Assembly (NCBI RefSeq): GCF_006345805.1
Contig: NW_021835618.1
Span: 1 to 34,925 of the forward strand
Length of the DNA: 34,925 nucleotides
DNA from: Octopus sinensis
Lineage: Eukaryota
Direction of reading: 5' to 3'
Position 1 is the first letter of the stretch, and each line of letters opens with the position of its first letter. Shown in pieces: positions 23,697-34,614 of the stretch. A program made the translations under genes and the position numbers. The notes beneath the pieces were generated by a model, which made no database searches, was not told the DNA's origin, and saw only the letters and a program-made list of their open reading frames with translations.

Positions 23697-24065
23697 GTAA
23701 CGATTCTTTGGGACATCCTATTATGTACAGACCGGACTATCAAAGCAATTAAACCAGATTTTGTTGTGAAAGACCAAAACAATAAAGTCTGTTTATTAAT
23801 TAACATGAGCATACCCTGTGACCATAATATCTCGGCAAAAGAATTTGATAAGCGCAGAAAATATAAAGATTTGCTCATCGAAATCGAAAAAATGTGGTAT
23901 CTCAAGACGATTTCAATACCAACGATTGTAGGAGCACTTGGAATGGTCAAAAGAAGAACTGAAAATTATTTAAGAATGATCCCTGGCTTACCATCCATGC
24001 AGGAAGTGCAAAAGATTGTCTCAACTGTAACGTCACATGTATCAAGAAGAGGATTGTCGCTGTGA
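23697..24065 (+). mobile_element. RLE-type LINE C-terminal remnant (third lineage)
   Basis: VTILWDILLCTDRTIKAIKPDFVVKDQNNKVCLLINMSIPCDHNISAKEFDKRRKYKDL...IVGALG...IPGLPSMQEVQKIV... Confidence 0.88.
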
Positions 24066-24290
24066 AGTTTGTTTCTTTTTTTTTCTCTTTTATTTTTGTT
24101 TGTTTATTTCCCTTATTGTTTCTTTTTTCTCTCTGTCTTTCTTCCCCCCTTTTCTCTACCCCATGACTTTGTAAATGAACAAACAACTAGGTGGGTTTAT
24201 TTTTGTGGCCTGTCAGTGTATACAGTGCGTTTCTCTGCCCTAGGCACCAGGAAGGCACTCGGCAGGAAATGTAAATAGTATTGAAAGAAA

Positions 24291-24291
<1 letters not shown>

Positions 24292-24340
<49 letters not shown>

Positions 24341-24463
24341 GGTGGTGATGATGATGACGATGATGATGATGATGATGAAGATGATGATGATGATGATGAT
24401 GATGTTGATGATGATGATGACGACGACGACGACGACGATGATGATGATGATGACGTGGTGATG

Positions 24464-24494
<31 letters not shown>

Positions 24495-24513
24495 CGACGA
24501 CGACGACGACGAC

Positions 24514-24546
<33 letters not shown>

Positions 24547-24726
24547 CCTTTCTACAACAGGCACAAGACTTGAAATTTGGGAGAGGGGACATCACATCGA
24601 CCCTCCCACCCCGAGTATTTCACTGGTACTTATTTCATTATTTCGGCCACGAAAGAATGAAAGGCAAAGTTTGAACGCCGCTAAGCACATCACCCGGCGT
24701 GCTAACAATTGTGTCAGCTCGCCGCC
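24292..24726 (-). mobile_element. Internally deleted SINE family D (24546-24726) with long (ATC)n tail
   Basis: Minus-strand ggcggcgagctg...gtgcctgttgtagaaagg followed by the (ATC)n-type array that reads (GAT)n on the + strand. Confidence 0.75.
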
Positions 24727-24744
24727 TTAATAATAATAATAATA

Positions 24745-24807
<63 letters not shown>

Positions 24808-24911
24808 CAATAATAGGCTACAAACGATAGCAGATATTGGTGGCTCATTTCCATTGGAAAAATATTGATAAAAATCGATGAAATAATATTAAAGAAAATG
24901 TTGGAAGATAA

Positions 24912-25280
24912 TTAGCGTGGTAAAAAGTTTGCTTCCCAACCACGTGATTCCGGGTTCAGTCCCACTGTGTGGCACCTTGGGTAAGTGTCTCCTACTATAA
25001 CCGCGGTCCGATCAAAGCCCTGTGGAAGCCCGTCGTGTACATGTGTTTTTGTGTTTGTCCCTTGCTTGACAACCGGTGTGTTTACGTCCTTGTAAGTTAT
25101 CGGTTCAGCATAAGAGACCTATAGACTATGTAACAGACTTGGCAAAAAATATCTCCTAGGCTCCATTCATTCGACTAAAAATTCTCCGAGGTGGTGCTCC
25201 TGCATGGGCGCAAGTCATTAAACTGCTCCTACATGGGCGTAGTCTAATGACTGAAGCATGTAAAAAGCAACGATAAAAGA
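24912..25280 (+). mobile_element. Diverged SINE family A copy
   Basis: Head and ggcaccttgggtaagtgtc segment are recognisable; many substitutions and indels. Confidence 0.75.
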
Positions 25281-25552
25281 TGTACCACAATAATGTAATT
25301 AATGTATTTTAAATTTCCGATCTAATTGCTGGTTGGCCATTACAAGTAAAACACACCGACGGAGCACCAATCATATCACACGAGACAGATTCAACCACGA
25401 ATAGAAAGATTCGATAAAAAACGTAAATGAAAAGCGTAACTTTCGGTTCATGATTTCAAACAGATAGGCCTAATTTGGGTTTGGTGCATAAAAAGCAAGA
25501 AATTGGAGAATTCTATATCCTTGCTTAATCGCAAAGAATCCGTCACTGTCAC

Positions 25553-26587
25553 AGGAGTGGCTGTGTGGTAAGTAGCTTGCTAACCAGCCACATGGTTCTG
25601 GGTTCAGTCCCACTGCGTGGCATCTTGGGCAAGTGTCTTCTGCTATAGCCTCGGGCCGACCAATGCCTTGTGAGTGGATTTGGTAGACGGAAACTGAAAG
25701 AAGCCTGTCGTATATATGTATATAGGTGTAGGAGTGGCTGTGTGGTAAGTAGCTTGCTAACCAGCCACATGGTTCTGGGTTCAGTCCCACTGCGTGGCAC
25801 CTTGGGCAAGTGTCTTCTGCTATAGCCTCGGGCCGACCAATGCCTTGTGAGTGGATTTGGTAGACGGAAACTGAAAGAAGCCTGTCGTATATATGTATAT
25901 AGGTGTAGGAGTGGCTGTGTGGTAAGTAGCTTGCTAACCAGCCACATGGTTCTGGGTTCAGTCCCACTGCGTGGCACCTTGGGCAAGTGTCTTCTGCTAT
26001 AGCCTCGGGCCGACCAATGCCTTGTGAGTGGATTTGGTAGACGGAAACTGAAAGAAGCCTGTCGTATATATGTATATAGGTGTAGGAGTGGCTGTGTGGT
26101 AAGTAGCTTGCTAACCAGCCACATGGTTCTGGGTTCAGTCCCACTGCGTGGCACCTTGGGCAAGTGTCTTCTGCTATAGCCTCGGGCCGACCAATGCCTT
26201 GTGAGTGGATTTTGTAGACGGAAACTGAAAGAAGCCTGTCGTATATATGTATAGGTGTAGGAGTGGCTGTGGTAAGTAGCTTGCTAACCAGCCACATGGT
26301 TCTGGGTTCAGTCCACTGCGGTGGAACCTGGGCAAGTGTCTTCTGCTATAGCCTCGGGCGACCAATGCTTGTGAGTGGATTTGGTAGACGGAAACTGAAA
26401 GAAGCCTGTCGTATATTGTATATAGGTGTAGGAGTGGCTGTGTGGTAAGTAGCTTGCTAACCAGCCACATGGTTCTGGGTTCAGCCCACTGCGTGGCACC
26501 TTGGGCAAGTGTCTTCTGCTATAGCTCGGGCCGACCAATGCCTTGGTGAGTGGATTGGTAGACGGAAACTGAAAGAAGCCTGTCGTA

Positions 26588-26637
<50 letters not shown>

Positions 26638-26860
26638 GTGTTTGTGTGTCTGTGTTTGTCCCCCTAGCATTGCTTGACAACCGATGCTGGTGTGTTTACG
26701 TCCCCGTCACTTAGCGGTTCGGCAAAAGAGACCGATAGAATAAGTACTGGGCTTACAAAGAATAAGACCCGGCGGGGTCGATTTGCTCGATTAAAGGCGG
26801 TGCTCCAGCATGGTCGCAGTCAAATGACTGAAACAAGTAAAAGAGTAAAAGAGAGTAAAG
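25553..26860 (+). mobile_element. SINE family A with six tandem 5' halves (177-bp unit) and one 3' half
   Basis: aggagtggctgtg at 25553, 25730, 25907, 26084, 26259 and 26430; only the last unit continues into the 3' body and tail. Confidence 0.93.
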
Positions 26861-26989
26861 AGTATCAAAACAGACAAAGATTGTTCGGACAAATCAAATC
26901 TTTTGTTTCTAAGCCGATGTGATTTTAATGAGAACAAATTTAAAATAAAATAGAAACCTATGTCAAAACAAGTAAAGTAGAAAAATTCT

Positions 26990-27230
26990 GTAGTCGGACT
27001 CATGATCGTAAGATTGTGGTTTCGATTCCTGGACCGGGTAACGCGTTGTGTTCTTGAGCAAAACGCTTCATTTCACTTCTGCTCCAGTCCACTCAGGTGG
27101 CAAGAATGAGTAACCCTGCGACGGACCGGGGTCTTGTCCAGGGGAGAATATACAGGCCATGGAAATCGGGAAACCGGCCCTTATGAGTCGGTTTGACTCG
27201 AGAACGTAACTTTATCTTACCTTGCCTTTA
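26990..27230 (+). mobile_element. SINE family E-type head with family C-type 3' end, diverged
   Basis: ggtttcgattcctggaccggg...gttcttgagcaa...ccactcag, then gcgacggaccgg...ggaaaccggcccttatgag. Confidence 0.75.
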
Positions 27231-27255
27231 CCCCTTCCTTTGTACAGGTTTACTG

Positions 27256-27294
<39 letters not shown>

Positions 27295-27437
27295 TAATAA
27301 TAATAATAATAGGCTACAAACGATAGCAGATATTGGTGGCTCATTTACATTGGGATTATCATTTCTAAGGGATTATCATTTCCAAGGGATTATTAGATCA
27401 GTCAACAACCTGTTGTTGACTGATCTAATAATCCCTT

Positions 27438-27682
27438 GAAGGTGCGTGGCTTAGTGGTTAGGGCATTCGACTCACTTTCGTAAAGTCGTGAGTTCGGTTC
27501 CCGCGTTGTATCCTTGAGCAAGACACTTCATTTCATGTTGCTTCAGTCCACTCAGTTGGCAAAAATGAGTAACTCTGTGACGGATCAGCGTCCCATTCAG
27601 GTGGGGAACTTATGCACCATAAAAACCGTAAAACCGGGAAATCGGGAAAGCGGTCTTTATGAGTCGGTATCATTCGAGAAAG
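27438..27682 (+). mobile_element. SINE family E-type head with family C-type 3' end, interrupted by a family D dimer
   Basis: Head gaaggtgcgtggcttagtggttaggg; 3' end ...tatgagtcggtatcattcgagaagg. Confidence 0.78.
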
Positions 27683-28098
27683 GGCGGCGAGCTGGCAGAA
27701 ACGTTAGCACGCTGGGCGAAATGCGTAGCCGTATTTCGTCTGCAGTTACGTTCTGAGTTCAAATTCCGCCGAGGTCAACTTTGCCTTTCACCCTTTCGGG
27801 GTCGATAAATTAAGTACCAGTTACGCACTGGGGTCGATGTAATCGACTTAATCCGTTTGTCTGTCCTTGTTTGTCCCCTCTGTGTTTAGCCCCTTGTGGG
27901 TAATAAAGAAATAGGTATTTCGTCTGTCGTTACGTTCTGAGTTCAAATTCCACCGAGGTCGACTTTACCTTTCATCCTTTCGGGGTCGATAAATTTAAGT
28001 ACCAGTTACGCACTGGGGTCGATGTAATCGACTTTATCCGTTTGTCTGTTCTTGTTTGTCCCCTCAGTGTTTAGCCCCTTGTGGGAAGTAAAGAAATA
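27683..28098 (+). mobile_element. SINE family D dimer, 17-bp TSD
   Basis: Units start at 27731 and 27915. TSD ggtatcattcgagaagg at 27666-27682 and 28099-28115. Confidence 0.92.
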
Positions 28099-28384
28099 GG
28101 TATCATTCGAGAAGGTAAGTTTACCTTTATAATTACCTCTACCAAGCCAGGTGTAAAATGTAAGCTTCATTTCAACCAATGAGAAAGCGAAGCCAGGTAT
28201 GGAATAATCAAAGTTAAACTGATATGATTTATTTAGTAGAAACATGTCCATAGAAACATGTCCAAGATAGAAACATGTCCATGTGGCGTGTTACGAGTAT
28301 ATACGTGTGAATGTAGTGTTGTTACAAGTATATGTACGTAGATGAAGGTTACAAGAGATATTTACAGGTAACAAAACAATAACA

Positions 28385-28447
28385 GAAATATAATAATAAT
28401 AATAATAATAATAATATTAATATAATAATAATAATAATAATAATAAC

Positions 28448-28482
<35 letters not shown>

Positions 28483-28493
28483 TGTTGATGATG

Positions 28494-28524
<31 letters not shown>

Positions 28525-28840
28525 CAATAATAATAATAATAATAATATAATAATATAATGATATATGATGATGATGATGATGATGATGATTGAAATGATG
28601 ATGAATGATGAAATAATAATATTAAATAATGATAATAATAATAATAATAATAATAATAATATAATAATAACAACAACAACAACAACAACAACAATGATGA
28701 TGATGACGACGACGACGACGACGACGATGACGACGATGACGATGACAATAACGACGACAAGGAAGGGGGAGAGGAGGAGGAGAGGAGGAGAGGAGGAGGA
28801 GAGGAGGAGGAGGAGATGAGGAGGAGGAGGAGGAGGAAGC
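28385..28840. repeat. Compound (TAA)n/(TGA)n/(CAA)n/(GAC)n/(GAG)n array
   Basis: Direct reading. Confidence 0.93.
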
Positions 28841-29296
28841 CTCATAGGGCAACGATGGGGCAGTCGGTGGCACAAGCAATTAAACACCCGTGCCAGAGTC
28901 GCAACAAATTAAGCCTTCACCGCGTCTAGGGGGAGAAATATGTGATGGCCACGGGTGGGAAGCCTCTCATCATAAGGTCAATCTCCTTGATCAAGGCGGC
29001 TATAACCTGGAGTCGGCGGGGGGAGGGGGGGTGCGGGAATGGGGGGGAAACTGTGGACTAAAAAACAACAACAACAAGAACAACAACATCTAATGACATA
29101 GTGATTAATTAAGGAGTCACATTGTTGCCATGGTAACGTCGGTGGTGACGAACCCAGATGTTTGACTTGGCTGTAACTGGAGACGCCAGCGGAGACTGGT
29201 TGACAGGAATCGTAAGTAGATGCCATAAGTTCGAATCTGGAGTGGGGCGATGCCATTGTTAATTTGGATCAGCTGTGGATGAGGCGATTCGTTTCT

Positions 29297-30090
29297 ACAC
29301 ACACACATGCATACACACACATGCATACACACAACACATATACATACAGACGCACAGACAACCACACGCACAAAGGCACACACACGCAAACATGCATACA
29401 CACATAACCATGTTGAGACACACACACATACATACACACACACATGCATACACACACACAACCACACGCAAACATGCATACACACATAACCATGTTGAGG
29501 CACACACACATACATACACACACAGACAGACACACACACACATGCATACACGCATATACATACACACACACACACACACAACCACACGCAAACATGCATA
29601 CACACATAACCATGTTGAGGCACACACACATACATACGCACACAGACACACACACACATGCATACACACACACACACGTACACACATACATACACACACA
29701 GACACACACACTCATGCATACACACATACATACAGACACACACACATACACACACACACATGCATACACGCATATACATACACACACACACACACACAAC
29801 CACACGCAAACATGCATACACACATAACCATGTTGAGACACACACACATACATACGCACACAGACACACACACACATGCATACACACACACACACGTACA
29901 CACATACATACACACACAGACACACACACTCATGCATACACACATACATACAGACACACACACATACACACATACATACACACACACACATGCAAACATA
30001 CACACATACACACTCAAGCACGCACTTGCATATACATACTTACAGAAACGTATATACACGTAAACGCACACATACAAACACAAACACTTG

Positions 30091-30129
<39 letters not shown>

Positions 30130-30246
30130 GCACACACACACACACACACACACACATGCACACACATACACAAACACACATTCACACACACATATTCATA
30201 AATATACACATATGATCGTACAGATACTCGCAAATACAGCGAAAAC

Positions 30247-30279
<33 letters not shown>

Positions 30280-30536
30280 CACATACACATACACACACAT
30301 GTTCACAAGCACACACACCACACACATGCACACACATACACAAACACACATTCACACACACATATTCATAAATATACACATATGATCGTACAGATACTCA
30401 CAAATACAGCGAAAACGACACACACACACACCCCACACACACACACAAGCACATACACATACACCACATGTTCACAAGGCACACACACACACCACACACA
30501 CACAAACACATACAACATACACCACACTGTTCACAA

Positions 30537-30571
<35 letters not shown>

Positions 30572-30847
30572 TACACATACACACACCTGTTCACAAGCAC
30601 ACACACCCAACACACACACAACCCACACAACACATACACATACACAACACTGTTCACAAGCACACACACACACACACATACACACACACACCACAAACAC
30701 ATACACATACACACACATGTTCACAAGCACACACACCACACACACACACCACACAACTCACACAAACACATACACACACACACACATTTTCACAAGCACA
30801 CAAACACACAACACACAACACACCAAACACATACACACACACACATG

Positions 30848-30883
<36 letters not shown>

Positions 30884-31078
30884 ATGTTCACACACCACAC
30901 ACACACATGTTCACAAGCACACACACACACACACACACCACACACACACCCACAAAACCATACACATACACACACATGTTCACAAGCACAACACACACAC
31001 ACACACACACACAACACATACACACACATGTTCACAAGCACACACAACACACACAAACACATACACATACACCACATG

Positions 31079-31113
<35 letters not shown>

Positions 31114-31282
31114 CACATGTTCACACACATACACACACCACACACCACACACACACATACCACAACCACACACACACACACACATTTCACACAACCATAC
31201 ACACACACACCACACACACCCACCCACACAAACACATAACCACACATGTTCACAGCACACACACACACACACACACACACGC
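29297..31282. repeat. ~2-kb CA-rich cryptic satellite with higher-order duplications
   Basis: Recurring cgcaaacatgcatacacacataaccatgttgag and catgttcacaagc motifs; block duplications of about 218 bp and about 170 bp. Confidence 0.92.
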
Positions 31283-31549
31283 GGACACGTATACTTGAAG
31301 CGATAAATCAGTTTAAAATATTTTTTAAAAAACACGAGAAAAGAAAACGAACAAAACAACCCATAAAAACAGTTTTTTTTTGTTAAGTGTCACGAGAATA
31401 TGACAGGGTAGAAGGCGGGGTCCCGTGGGTGAACACCTTGTACCCCGGGGTGTTGAGAAAGTGTCACAGAAATAGGTTTGAGGGCCAATAAACTCAGTAA
31501 GTGAGCTGTGAAATAATGATGTGGACGGGTCGAGGGGATAGTGAGAGGG

Positions 31550-31648
31550 AGAGAAAGATAGATCGATAGATAGATAGATAGAATATAGATAGGGGGAGAG
31601 AGAGAGAGAGAGAAAGAGGTAGAGAGAGAGAGAGAGGAGGATATAGAG

Positions 31649-31695
<47 letters not shown>

Positions 31696-31765
31696 GAGAG
31701 AGATAGAGAGATAATAGATAGATAGATAGATAGAATAGAGAAGAGAGATATAGATGATAGATAGC

Positions 31766-31805
<40 letters not shown>

Positions 31806-31912
31806 GAAGAGAGAGAGAGAGAGATAGAGAGATAGATAGATAGATAGAAGATAGATAGATAGAGAGAGAGAGAGATAGATAGATAGACAGACAGACAGAT
31901 AGAGAGAGAGAG
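31550..31912. repeat. (GATA)n/(GA)n array
   Basis: Direct reading. Confidence 0.95.
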
Positions 31913-32415
31913 AGAAGTGGTAGAAAGGGAGAGTAAACAGGAGAGTCAGTGAGTAGAAGGGTGAGGAGGGGGATGTATTCAAACGGGTGGAAGAAAGAGA
32001 AGAGAGAGAGAGAGAGAGACAGTAAAAGATATCATTTGAAAACCGTAATTCTAATTATCTCTTAGGCAGCCATATTTGATACCCCCATCAACCATCAACG
32101 CCCCCCACCACCGCCGTCGTCATCATCATCGCCGTTACCATCACAATAGCCATCACTACCACCGCTACTGTCACCACGGCCACCACCACCACCACCATCA
32201 CAACCGCCACTAAGTCACCGCTCTCACGCCACGCTAGGGGGCGGTGCTGTAAACGATATCAGAAGATTGACACAGGTTGCAATTGTTCCGCTGCTGCTGC
32301 TGCTACTACTACTACTACTACTACTACCTACTACTACTACCACCACCATCAAGATGGTTAATTTAGTTGGAGTGATGTCAACACATAATTATTTGTTGAT
32401 TTCTAATGTCCAACA

Positions 32416-32461
<46 letters not shown>

Positions 32462-32470
32462 TATATATAT

Positions 32471-32677
32471 ACGCCATGATAGATCGTTAGCTCCTACGCG
32501 CATTTTTTTCTCTCCTTGTTTCTCTCCTTGTTTTTTTTCTGCGTATCTTTCTGTAGAAGAGCGTAGGCTCGAAACGTAAAAGACTTTTCTATTTCTATTC
32601 TGAGCGCCATACTAATAATACATTTGTTGTTTGTACTCCACCTGCCTTCGTCTTTTGTTTATTTTCGTAAACTTTCC

Positions 32678-32681
<4 letters not shown>
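32471..32681 (+). mobile_element. ~210-bp element between (TA)n tracts carrying a hammerhead-like motif (Penelope pLTR/retrozyme-like)
   Basis: Contains tctttCTGTAGAaGAGCgtagGCTCGAAACGTAaaaga; sharp boundaries with TA repeats. Confidence 0.55.
32546..32583 (+). ncRNA. Minimal type-I hammerhead ribozyme fold (A6 to U variant)
   Basis: Helix I tcttt/aaaga, core CUG(U)AGA, helix II GAGC-guag-GCUC, GAAA, palindromic ACGU helix III, GUA cleavage triplet. Confidence 0.6.
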
Positions 32682-32725
<44 letters not shown>

Positions 32726-32789
32726 TATAATATATTATATATATATATATATATAATCATTGGAAGGTTTGTAGATGAGGTACATGTAT

Positions 32790-33056
32790 TATATATTAGA
32801 AGAAATGAGGGTAACGGTTTATATTTACAAGATATTTATTTATATATTACATTTTTTACGTATATATCATATCACTGAGATCATTAGCGCTTTCTCTCAT
32901 TCTAGTGGGGTTTTCAAATAAAAAAAATGATTTGAAAACCCCACTAGAATGGGAGAAAGCGCTAATGATCTCAGTGATATGATATATATGTAAAAAATGT
33001 AATATATAAATAAATATCTGTAAATAAACTATCCGATCTTCTGATTACCTCATTTC

Positions 33057-33068
<12 letters not shown>
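32790..33068. mobile_element. Long foldback element in TA context
   Basis: Arms 32790-32919 and 32930-33068 are near-perfect reverse complements around a 10-nt loop. Confidence 0.85.
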
Positions 33069-33111
<43 letters not shown>

Positions 33112-33113
<2 letters not shown>

Positions 33114-33522
33114 TCTTTACTCTTTCTCTTTTACTTGTTTCAGTCATTTGACTGCGGCCTGCTGGAGCACCGCCTTTAGTCGAGCAAATCGACCCCGGGA
33201 ATATTCTTTGTAAGCCCAGTACTTATTCTATCGGCACTTTTGCCGAACCGCTAATGACGGGGACGTAAACCACCAGCATCGTCTCAAGCAATGCTAGAGG
33301 GACAACACAGACACACAAACATACACTAATACATGCATATATATATCTATATTACATATATACGACAGGCTTCTTTCAGTTTCCGTCTACCAAATCCACT
33401 GACAAGGCTTTGGTCGGCCCGAGGCTATAGTAGAAGACACTTGCCCAAGATGCCACGCAGTGGGATTGAACCCGGAACCATGTGGTTGCTTAGCAAGCTA
33501 CTTACCACACAGCCACTCCTGC
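33112..33522 (-). mobile_element. SINE family A, full length
   Basis: Reverse complement of the family A consensus seen at 1141 and 20905. Confidence 0.9.
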
Positions 33523-33545
33523 ATATATATATATGTACACGAATA

Positions 33546-34089
33546 GGGACAATTCACCAGCGCCAACTCAACACCGCCGACTCAACACCGCCGACTCAAC
33601 GCCAGGACAACTCAACACTAGAAAAACTGGTTAATAAATAATTTATTTGTTCGGACAAAGCCGCAAACAGAAGACTCCAGACAGAACTGAGATTGGAGCA
33701 CCTCCACAATATGGCCTACGTAAGGTACAAAGAAACCGAGATGCATTTTCTGAGCAACTGATTGGAGGTATATGAATGCAGACGATAGAATTCTACATAT
33801 TGTCTCTTTTTTCAGAACGATCTCCCACAGAATATTGGAAGGGAACTGCAGAGAACTTTCAATAAATTTCTCGTTTAAATTTTAGCCTTGTGTTAAAAAT
33901 ATATAGTTTCTCAATCACTTCTATTCGAATTTTAAAATTTATGTCATGTATTAAATTAATCTTTTATAAATACCACATAATGTTATAAAGGGAATAAAGT
34001 TATAAAACGAATGAATTATTTATTAATCAATTTCTCTGGCGTGGAGTGGGCGGTGTTAAGTGGGCGGTTGGTGTGAGTTGTCTTACAAC

Positions 34090-34091
<2 letters not shown>
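33546..34091 (+). mobile_element. Non-autonomous Mutator-like (MULE) element with transposase C-terminal remnant
   Basis: Ends carry inverted ctcaacaccgcc-type subterminal repeats and gacaa(t/c)tcac TIR cores. Internal frames (about 33660-33865) read AANRRLQTELRLEH, GLRKVQRNRDAFSEQLIGG and RYMNADDRILHIVS/SERSPTEYWKGTAENFQ*, resembling invertebrate MULE transposase C-termini (from recall). Confidence 0.65.
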
Positions 34092-34134
<43 letters not shown>

Positions 34135-34499
34135 ATTATATATATATATATATGGTATATATATATATGTGTATATATATATATATATACACATATATAT
34201 ATATAAATATCTAATATATATATGTATGTATATATATGTATATATATATATGTATATATATATATATAAGTATACATACATGTAGACATACATCAAATAT
34301 ATAATGTATATATATATATAGTGTGTGTGTGGGTGTGATATTTTATATATAATATATGATATTATGATATGTAAGATATATTTGCTGCTTTATAAATAAT
34401 ACAATAAAATCCATACATGTATAATACATACATACATACAATATCTTAATACATACATACATAACATACATACATAAGATAATATATATATATATATAG

Positions 34500-34530
<31 letters not shown>

Positions 34531-34540
34531 CATATATATC

Positions 34541-34589
<49 letters not shown>

Positions 34590-34614
34590 ATATTATATAT
34601 ATATATATATATAT
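34092..34614. repeat. (TA)n-rich simple repeat region
   Basis: Direct reading. Confidence 0.9.

Noticed and set aside
25470-26297. 275-aa and 204-aa repetitive ORFs
   Set aside because: Antisense translations of the 177-bp (59-codon) SINE-A tandem unit, not a repeat protein.
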